From Klebsormidium nitens (taxonomy: Eukaryota; Plantae; Klebsormidiophyceae), in the NCBI GenBank assembly GCA_000708835.1, contig DF236953.1:296990-360989 (forward strand): a stretch of DNA of 64,000 nucleotides. Reading direction: 5' to 3'. Shown one piece after another: positions 13,401 through 21,631 of the stretch (position 1 is the stretch's first letter; every line of letters starts with the position of its first letter). The position numbers and the translations under genes were made by a program. The notes beneath the pieces are model-generated. The model searched no databases. It saw only the letters and a program-made list of their open reading frames with translations, and was not told the DNA's origin.

Positions 13401-14392
13401 GTTGAAGCTGCACATGCCAAAGGTTGTCATTGTCTTTTTGTGCATCACGTACCTCATTATAAGTAGATATCTTTGAATTAGATGCCAAGCTGATCCCAAG
13501 AATCAAGGAAGGATCATTGTGCCTTATCTGGAACTTGTGTTATGATGAAAAAACAGATGGTTCCTTGACCACCTTGTGTCAAGTGGTGACCTAGTGGTGT
13601 CTGTTCTTGGAGAGACTTTGGTTAGAGCCCTAGTCCTAAGAAGAATTCACAAAGTGAAACTTTCTGCACAAGTAAGAGGACCAGCAGGCAAGGCAGGGCT
13701 AGAGAGTGAGGATAATAAAGCTTCACTTCAAGTGGGCTGATACAAATATCTCATGATGCTAAAAACTTTTTGACTTGAATGAGCTACTTGTCACGTCCAT
13801 TCGTGCGATGCCGACAACAATGAGGAGAGATGAAAGGGTTTGAACTACAGGAAAGCTGACCTGTAAGCGGTCCGCCTGCACTGCTCCTTGCTGCTAGTGG
13901 CACGGCGGCTTGCCTTGCCTCTACTGCTGCATTTTGAGGAGATTGTTTCGAACTTGAAGTGCCATTCTCCGTGGCTTTTGAAATGTGGCTCCCTGCCGCT
14001 CCCTCCACTCCACACATCGCTCTAGACTGAAAACCCTTTGCGGTCTCACCCAATGCCGGCTGCTGCGAGGTCGCGTCAAGCTGCGCTCCAAAGTATGCAT
14101 CGGCAGCGCGATCTACGGACCCTTTGGCAGCTTTCAAATGCCTCTTGAGAGTTGCATCCGCTACATGGGGAAGCATGCTCTTCAGCATTTGGACCTTGGA
14201 CTCCAAAGTATCGCACTGAGGTTCTGCGGCGGCCCCCCCATTGCCTCCTGTCTCTGCAGCAGAAGCGAAATATTGCGCAATCGCGGTCTCAATGCAACCA
14301 TTGGCACTCTGTAAGAGGCTAGCAGCTTGCACATTAGAAAGCTGGCCGTCGAGAAGGGAGACGAGATCATCTACCTTACCCACGGCTGCCAT
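1419..14392 (-). CDS. SNF2-family RING-finger helicase/E3 ligase (SHPRH/RAD5/RAD16-like) with N-terminal UBA-like and CUE-like domains. Exons approx.: 14392-13861, 13407-12344, 11981-11742, 10962-10657, 10055-9896, 9239-9052, 8106-7794, 7426-7320, 7261-7225 (uncertain), 6862-6657, 6126-6040, 5638-5566, 5038-4764, 4359-4105, 3460-3320, 2774-2630, 2200-2020, 1626-1419
   Basis: Phase-consistent splicing gives YQRKALSWMMTRE, GGLLCDEM|GLGKT (Walker A), TLVVVPASLLNQW, VVLDEAQ (Walker B), VVT|GTPI, IMIRRTK, LTRLRQACCHPQ, a C3HC4 RING (CPIC...CGHYFCSDC...CPLC), KSVIFSSW, GGAAGLTLTAAS and EAQAAAR|IHRLSQ. The DEAQ and LRQACCHPQ motifs are SHPRH-like. Confidence 0.92.
2972..3210. mobile_element. Truncated copy of a TA-flanked MITE family, in a SNF2 intron
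   Basis: Begins TA|ctgctgttcgcgtcaaagttggcacccgag, matching the terminal inverted repeat of the element at 11056-11335. Carries an internal inverted pair (tccttgatgttttcc / ggaaaacatcaaga). The right end is missing. Confidence 0.6.
4985..5380 (-). repeat. Degenerate tandem 'echo' (~150-160 bp period) of the acceptor and 5' edge of SNF2 exon 5038-4764
   Basis: agccggcc(c/a)gtgaaggcttc(t/c)gcgggt at ~5008 and ~5160, with a weaker copy at ~5320; cgacagtcgcctgac at ~5118 and ~5273. Confidence 0.75.
6135..6300. repeat. Low-complexity degenerate GGTTGAGA/GGGTTAAGA tract in an intron upstream of a SNF2 acceptor
   Basis: Repeated ggttgaga, ggtttgaga and ggggttaaga units, seen directly. They read as ctcaacc/cttaacc on the coding strand. 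Confidence 0.6.
8020..8670 (-). repeat. Three decaying intronic echo copies of the acceptor and 5' edge of SNF2 exon 8106-7794
   Basis: ggaccat(c/t)tc(a/g)gc(g/c)gcgacctg at ~8088 (real), ~8236 and ~8387, and gggccatctcggcggtgacctg at ~8638. The nearest copy still translates as VAAEMVLPPCTRVDIILRFSHAVTSYYQRV. Confidence 0.85.
9560..9960 (-). repeat. Two decaying intronic echo copies of the 3' edge and donor of the SNF2 Walker-B exon (10055-9896)
   Basis: gggagcaagctttctcacc...cgacccaggcgtg...gcatgatgctggacgcg at ~9879 (real) and ~9731, with a weaker copy at ~9584. ORF 9588-9776 begins MRRHAWVVTG, the same as the real exon end. Confidence 0.85.
11056..11335. mobile_element. ~280-bp MITE with long imperfect TIRs and a TA target-site duplication (Tc1/mariner-class, Stowaway-like), in a SNF2 intron
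   Basis: TA|ctgttgtttgcggcaaacttggcacccgagctcggatc... at the left end is the near reverse complement of ...gatcggagttcgagtgccaagtttgacgcaaacagcag|TA at the right end, over ~80 bp. TA at 11054-55 and 11336-37. Confidence 0.8.
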
Positions 14393-15247
14393 CTTAGAAG
14401 CCGCCTGAGCTCATGTACAGAATGTGTAGACCTCTTGAAAGAACCTGGCCACCATGGAGCTGCGGGAGCCTTCAAGTTCCTGTGGACATGATCATAGAGT
14501 GGCGCGGCGTCTTCTTTAGCTTTCGCGGGACACCGAAGTGCGACACTTGGCATCCGCATACGGCTGGGATCATTGTTTCCCGCCGATCGGACGGTTAGAA
14601 ACAGCCGATGTTCCTAGAAACCCGGTGACTGTTGGTCAACACCCGCCAAAATGCACATGCCTCGGAGCTTCAAAATTCAAACTCGCCAGCCTGAGCCTGA
14701 GGACATGGGACGCCGTGGAACAATGTTCGCGTGGGCGTTCACGTTGTTCATGCACTGCAAATATGCATTATACTTCCCATCTTCGGCTTTCACTTTTGTG
14801 AATTGCTTCGCACACATCGCATGACATGTGGCATCTTGCAGATAACGATCATCAATTGGTCATTCAATGATGCGGCACAGATTATAAATACATCTGCACT
14901 CAAACCCACATGCAGCCGGGCCCATCTTCAGCTTAGGCGGCACCTTTTGGCAACACATGATCATGGTGACTTCAAGTTGCCATGCCTCATGACACTCACC
15001 AGTACACCATGCATAGGCGAGTGAAATCCAACCTTAGCGGAAGATCGGACCAATTCTGCTATTTAGACGCACACCCCATTGCGCTGCAAACCGGCCAATA
15101 CCCGGTTGAGATGTGCCACAATCAACGGACAGGCTTTCGTGATCTGGATTCCAAGTTTGCCAGACCTAGACGGCGAGCTTGTTATCAATGGACCTCACTC
15201 CTTCATGTGGCAACTTTCCTTGTGCAGACGTGGATGTTTCCGTTCAT

Positions 15248-18200
15248 CTATCTGGAGCGATTGCTTCCTACTTCAACTTGCCGAGGGAAGTCTTTCGGGG
15301 TACCTGTTCGTATGCCCTCCTCTTCCAAAAACTCGGTCAGCTTCCCTCGTTGCCAGGCTTTCATGCTTCTGCAGAACAGCAAAGAGAACGTCGTCAGTGC
15401 GAGACAAGCCACGCACATCTTGGGCTGCAAAGTTATATCTCAGAGAGCCCGCACCTTTTGAACACCAACAGCAGAACTGCGTCTCCCTTCAAAAGCAGCT
15501 GCGTATCCGGGAGTTTACTTTCAGTCTTCACCTCCGTCTTCAACGAGAGAGAAATCAGAAGCCGACCAAAACGAGCTTCGGCAAAAAAGGAATCCCTCTG
15601 GCCCATGTCAAGGGCGGCCCGCTAAGATCTGTGGTAAAAGCGGTCAATCTACCGAATACGGCATGCAAACTTTTTGAGCGGACCGGGAGGACTCACTTCA
15701 GGTCGATGTGCGCCAAAACCATGCCCCCCGGAAACGCCCTTCTGGTCGCCCTGAACGCCTCCCGTACGGCAGACTCAAACAGATCAGGGGCGCTGTGCGC
15801 CGCCTCTTCGACGGGTGCATCCGCCCCGCTTTGCTCCGCCGAATTCCGACCCCTAGTGGAAGTTGAAACACCGTTTTCTGACGTGGAGGATTGAGGTAGC
15901 TTCTTGTCGGTCGGCCCGTTGCTAGAGGCTGTTCCCAAGGTCGAAGGCTCGCCTCGTTTCGCGAGAACTTTTGTTCCGTCTGCTGGATCGGTCATCGGCA
16001 AAGAGTAGCCCGAAAGAAGATGGCCCAGCCACACGCCATCGTGCCTGCAAAGCGGGACAGAATAGGTACCTATATTTATTTTTCTGGGGCATTCATTCGG
16101 AGTGATACATCTTCTTCTTTCCCTCTCTCGTCAAAGAGTCAGGACGATAGCTCTCCTTTCTGTCAACCGGACCATGTCCAGCACTTGTCGTGAACCAGCA
16201 TATCGTGAGTCGTCGCTCTCAATAGTGGCGCAAGGACTGAGACTCCGAACCTAGAAAGCGTCCACCTGTGCCCGACAGGTCAGAGAGGAGCACAGTGAGA
16301 GTTCTGTGCCCATATTGTCAACATTCAGATGAAAACAGTGTGCCCATATTGTCAACATTCAGATGTTTACTCGACTGGGCGGCCACAAGATTATTTCTAT
16401 CAACTGGGTTCAATGTCTCTCGCTTCAAATCCGCAATCGACCTGCACATTCCGCAAATGGATTCAGATGTTCACCAACATCGAATACCCACCAGCTCCTT
16501 CAACTGTTTATCAAGCGGCTCTGGAAACAACGTGAAGCACTGCACTTGACGTACCTTGCAACGTCACCATGACGTGGGGTGTAGTGGCCCCCTCCAAGCC
16601 CCAGCAAAACAGGCTGACCTTGGTCGTCACTGCAGAGGAGCCATAAGTCTTAGGCTTAGAGCCTGGTGGGGCAGTTCACGAGGATTGAAAGAGACAAAGC
16701 GTCGCCGTGGTTTACCAAACGGCAAATCCGATCATGTTTCTCTGCCAACTGGGCCATCTTCCGATGTATCGGTCACTAACAATATAAATGATTGTACCGT
16801 CAGACCGCCGAAAGGGTTTCAATCGGCTTCTTACCTGGACCAGCTTCCAAGGTCCGGTCCTCCGCCTAAGCCGAGCCCTTGCCAGAACAGCTGCAAGAAT
16901 CCAAAGTGTGTCCATCACAGATTCCAACGAGTCGGTAAAACCCTCATCGTCAGGACGTTCAAACGAAAGGCGGCAGACAAGTATGGAGCAGCGCTTGCGA
17001 AGACTGTGATGTGCGAAGGACGATGGGTCGCGAATAGGTCGTAGTACAGACGTTTGTAAGAAGCGTGCAGGAAAGAGCCACCAAACGAGTATGGAGATCG
17101 TCCTTTAAAGACGTGCAGCTTGCCACAGGCAATAGTTTCACGTTCTGTAATCCTCGCATTGCGCGTCGGGGCGGAATGTCAGAACGCAGAACAAGAGCTG
17201 ACTCGATAACAGCTTACCTCTGCAATCAACTCTGCTGCATCCACCCTCCCCCAGTGCTCCTCAGTGCTGCCTAGAAAGAGGGGGGCGAGGTCAGAAAACA
17301 GCCAATTTGGGGCTCATTCGTTGGCGGTTCCAAAGGAACGTAGACACTTCACAAAGACGGGAGACGGACTTGTTGGCACTTTCGTTTTCAGGTTTGACCC
17401 TTGCGTCTGAAGCTTCATAAGAAGAAACGATGGATCGAACGTCGGCACTCAAGCCGATCCTTCCAGAGCCCGGTCGCAACATCAGCATCGTCACTTGAAA
17501 TTCAGGTCTCTTCCCTGCCGTCCATCAACATTCTGCCAGCTTTGAGTAATCCAGGCGGATCCATCGTGATGCGAAAGACCGTCTCACCGATCTCGACAAA
17601 CATTGTAGGCGCCTCGAGGTACGGCCCATGGTGCGTTGCCTCCAGCGTGACCTGCATCAAGACAGGCAAGATGGGTCTCAGATTTTGAAATGCCTTATGC
17701 TAACTTCAATTTGCGACTACTTGGCAACTCGAATGATTTTGGCACTTTGTGGGTGAAGTTCTCGGATATGAATTGCAGACCTGAATCACAATCAGTGGCG
17801 CATCCAACGCCAGGTCTGCCTCAGTACTTGTTGCCAGATGTCGAATCTATGTTGTGCCACATCAGCAAGTAGGTACACTTCAGAACGCAAAGGCCCGAAA
17901 TCCGTAAACTACAGACAACGAATGGATCCCTCGTGGCTCGAGCAGATTCAAACAAAACTAAATTCAATAATATTTCCCCAGAAGCCTATGCAAGAACATT
18001 TCCCCCGAAGGCCTCCCAGGAATTAAATCAGATTTCCACCTCAAGTTGTCACTCACCTCGAATTCGGGAGTGAAGCCCCTCTCGGCCGCCAGCCTTTTCA
18101 GCAGTCTGAACCAGGAACCAACTCGGGTGCAAGGTGGAGAGACCCGCCCTGCTTTGCCGCCAGCTGGCGGCACCTCATTGGGCCCAAGGTGGGGCACGCC

Positions 18201-19387
18201 GATTGGGTGGACCGTGAACGCAGGCCGCGTTGAAGCTGCAACGTGCCTGCGTTGAGGGGATTGTACAACTAGTAAGCCAAGATCTTGATGGAGGGCGACC
18301 TTGACAATAAAAGAGTGGAATGTTGACTTTTAATTTCAGCTGTTTGAACTATTTCAAGGGCAAGATCTGATCAAGTACTGATTTAGCACACCAGTCTGTA
18401 CAAGCGGTCAGATGCAGGTCTTCAAGTAGAATTCTTCATCGCATACATGACGTACTTCAGCGGAAGCAATTGCTATTGTGCTACTTGCTTCAAGTTTCAA
18501 ACGGGGCCAATGCGTCCAGCAACGTCCTGCACGTGCTCTTCAAAATATGCACTGGCTGCCAACGACGCCAAACCCCCAAAAAATGTAAACTCTTGATCGC
18601 ACAGGAAAGAAGCAAGTCTCTTAGATTCTCACCCAAGAAAAACCTCATTCATGGCCTACCTGCTCATGAAGATGACTTCGCGCACAGCCTCTCCAGTGCC
18701 CAGATGCCACCGGTGGTCCAGGTAGTCCTCAAAGATTGTCTTGTTCTTCAGTTGCCACATCCGGACGCTGCCGTGACGCCAGGTGCGGAGCCCCTGCATT
18801 GGTGCAGACAAATTTTCTAGTAACAGCAGGTGATGTCGCAAGGGACTGTGTATACAGGTTTGAAGAAGTGCTAAGGATTTGACATCAAAAGTGGGGAGGG
18901 AAGTAGGTCTTTGAAAGTTGTGGTTGGCATGCTGCAGGCTTTTCAAGAGCTGGCCGCATCAATCTGCTTCAAGCCGCATGCTTGCAGAAGACGAGTCAGA
19001 AATCCTAGCTGGGTAAAAGCAGTTGCCCATTTCACGAGGTTGCATACATCAGTCATATTCCGATTGTCAAAAAACCAACTTGCAATGCCGCGAGAGTATC
19101 CATGCCAGCTAATCAACCACTTTTCTCCGAGAGCTTTAGAAAGGCACAATCCAGCCTCAACACCATCTGCTGCATAACGACTCTGCCCGTCGCACCACTC
19201 AATGCCACTCAGGTGCTCAAGTTGTGAATCTCACCTCAACTGTCTCTGCTTCGCTCCAGCCCCCCAGCTCGATCAGCTTTCGAGACGGGCCTATTGACGC
19301 GATATCCGCCTCCGTAGCAATGATCAGGGTGATTCCAGCTTCCAGATCAACAAAGGGGAAAACTTCTGGAGCGAGGTCCATCTGCAT
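15248..19387 (-). CDS. DTD2: Archaeal/plant-type D-aminoacyl-tRNA deacylase (DTD2/GEK1), ~397 aa. Exons: 19387-19235, 18793-18660, 18246-18057, 17651-17588, 17270-17218, 16890-16835, 16629-16555, 16044-15697, 15368-15248
   Basis: Nine phase-consistent GT-AG exons give TLIIATEADIAS, EVIFMSRHVAASTRPAFTVHPIG, FE|VTLEATHHGP...PTMFVEIG|STEEHW, LFWQGLGLGG, VLLGLGGGHYTPRH, WLGHLLSGYSLPM, AFPGGMVLAHIDLK|SMKAWQR...FLEEEGI. These are collinear with the plant GEK1 motifs. The start codon is tentative. Confidence 0.93.
16305..16365. repeat. Exact 27-bp direct duplication (tgtgcccatattgtcaacattcagatg, 34-bp period) in a DTD2 intron
   Basis: Copies at 16305-16331 and 16339-16365, seen directly. Confidence 0.95.
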
Positions 19388-20039
19388 CTTGATGGTTTGA
19401 AGGCCGCCAGGTCCTTTTCTTACACGAAGATGTCTTGATCGCAGCGACAGTCACGGCACCACGGATCTAGGGAAAGTAGTGAATAGGTAGCGACGAGAGA
19501 AGGCTAGGTTCGTCTTTTTAAACGGGAAGACGCCGATCAGATCCGCTTGCATGCTTCGTCATGGGAGTATTGCCATTGTATCGAGTTTAGTATGTACCTA
19601 GGTAGCTCAAGCTTCTTGCCTGTATAAAATGTGGACACCGGACAGAGGGAATGCGCGGCACGCCCCGGTTGGGCCGGCCGGGCCGTGGCGCCGCGGTTCC
19701 TTGGACGTGACAGCACCGGCAGGTTGCCGTAAAACCAATGGGACCGGCCCGTGAGGTCTGACCGGTAGGAATTACTTCCAGGTCCTAGACGGTACTACTC
19801 CGCAGAGTCAGTACTTATGAACCGGGCCAACTCAGGAGCGGTGCTGGTAAACGGCATGCCGTGGCGTACAGACCGAGGAAATGTGACGTACGCGTGTCCT
19901 CGGGGTCAACTCAAGGGAAAAGAACGTGCAAATCATTGCATGTCTATATATAACTGGCAATTATTTACCATATTTAGCAGTATTTACAGTCTTTCCCAAG
20001 TGATTGCCCATGTTGAGTGTCAATATATCCAGTGCACAT

Positions 20040-21121
20040 CGTTGTCTACGTACCCTTGTATAGCAGCTAGCGAGATTGTACACCTGAATTTCCAATCTGC
20101 TCGGAAGAAGCTGTATTCCGAATCATTTTTAATTTGTCTTCAATTTTGGAAAGCTGTCGATGACAATATTGTCACCGGCCTAGACAAATTCACCGAATCA
20201 AGCATGCGGGCTGGATTGCATTTTCCAAGAATGGAGCTAGAGTCGAACCCGGACTCACGGTCCGATTCGAGAAAACCACTCGAATTACCATCGGCAGCTT
20301 TTCGAACAAATTGCTCGAAACAGCCGGCCGGGTTTCGAACAAATCGTTCGTATTCTCGCAGCGCCGTTTGAAGAAAAGGTTCGAATTACTGGAAGCCCCG
20401 GGCACACACTAAATGGACTTGCTCGGTTGTCACTCGCAGTGGTGTAACCCTAAAGCGGGAAGGCCCGGTTGCCCTAGGGAAGTGCCCGGTTGTCCCAAGG
20501 TTTGCCCGCGAGACCCTAATGTTACTGGGAGGGCCCGGTTGCTTCCCGGGTGCCACGGTCCCTAAACTACTAGTCTAGAGGGAAGTGTCCGCGGCACCCG
20601 GGAAGTTGCAGCCGCCCGTCGCCCCGACCAACCACCCATAGGGGTACCGTCCTTTATGTACCGCGATTCAGGCGGTCCACAGCGACCGACGTTGTGGGTC
20701 GCGATGTTCCACCAGATCGACGGCGGAGATACACCCGGAACGATTCACAGTCGCGCAAAAGACCCGGTACCAAATTCGAGTGTTTTGTTCGTATCTCAAA
20801 TCGCAAATTCGAACAAATTCTTCGAAACAGCATTGGCAAATACGAAGGATTTGTTCGAAATGAATGTTCCGTAATTCGAGCGATTTACTCGAAAACTGCC
20901 GGTGGTAATTCGAGTGGTTTTCTCGAATCGGACCGTGAGTCTGGGTTGATGATGCCATTGATGCCAATGGTCGAGGCAACGTTGACGTTGATGAGGGCCA
21001 CCATCATCCATGGCATTTGGAGTCCGCAAACTTAAAGCGTTTAAAAGAACAGAGGAAGCCCCGTCTCTCACAAAATACCGTTGGAGCCGAGGATAGGCTT
21101 CGTTGTGAACGCTCAGGGTGA
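20040..21121 (+). pseudogene. Possible degenerate hAT transposase C-terminal (dimerisation-domain) remnant interrupted by a MITE
   Basis: CIAASE...RKKLYSESFLICLQFW resembles the hAT dimerisation consensus (VASE...RSSL..E...LICxQxW). Removing 20246-20947 (702 bp) rejoins the frame as RMELES|DDAIDANGRGNVDVDEGHHHPWHLES...SG*. The similarity is weak and judged by eye. Confidence 0.33.
20246..20947. mobile_element. ~700-bp non-autonomous element with long inverted termini built from TTCGAA/ATTCGA-type subrepeats and a central GC-rich hairpin
   Basis: aacccggactcacggtccgattcgagaaaaccactcgaattacc (from 20246) is the reverse complement of ggtaattcgagtggttttctcgaatcggaccgtgagtctgggtt (to 20947) with one mismatch, and weaker similarity continues inward. 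Internal stem 20542-20558 / 20589-20605. Confidence 0.8.
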
Positions 21122-21631
21122 CGCTCTGGGATGCATGAGATGCAAGGAGGTCACTCAAGCGCACCGGGGGCGCTACGAGGATTAGAATGCGCTGCAATCT
21201 CATTGGGCGGTTGTAGAGGAATGCTGACAGGGCGCAGCCGCCTTCGCTAGAAAGGCAAACTTGAATTTCAGGCTTTGATCAGAAGTCCACCTGCCTGGGA
21301 TCTAGCCAAATGCTTGCAGTTAAAGCAGGTGATTTGTGAAGTGAGGTTCATTTTGGTCGGCTGTATTCTTCAGGGACCACCCTGACCAGGGGCATCTCAA
21401 TATGAAAGGAGAGTACAACTGGTAGGGAACCACACCACTCAGGGATCCCCTGTCACAGTCTAGGTTCAGGAAGGGAAGGGTAGACTATTCCAATAAGAAT
21501 AGAGTGTCTAGCAAGGAAGTGCAGCTGCCTGCTGCTAATCTATGTCCCTCGCCGTGCCCTCCATCCGCATGACGGCCTTTCTGGCCGTCCAAACAAAACC
21601 AGGTTAGCGTCATAGAATCACTTGACCAGCG

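Noticed and set aside
15430-15630. Protein-like open frame inside the last DTD2 intron (DMGQRDSFFAEARF...LLLVFKR)
   Set aside because: It cannot be joined in phase through a good acceptor, and direct splicing 15697->15368 already gives the conserved HIDLK|SMKAWQ.
15079-15894. 271-aa plus-strand ORF
   Set aside because: It lies antisense to the last two DTD2 exons and their intron and has no recognisable motif; treated as a shadow ORF.
16268-16549. CPYC 'zinc ribbon/glutaredoxin'-like motif appearing in two overlapping ORFs
   Set aside because: It arises from the 27-bp intronic duplication read in two frames on the strand opposite DTD2, with no supporting domain.
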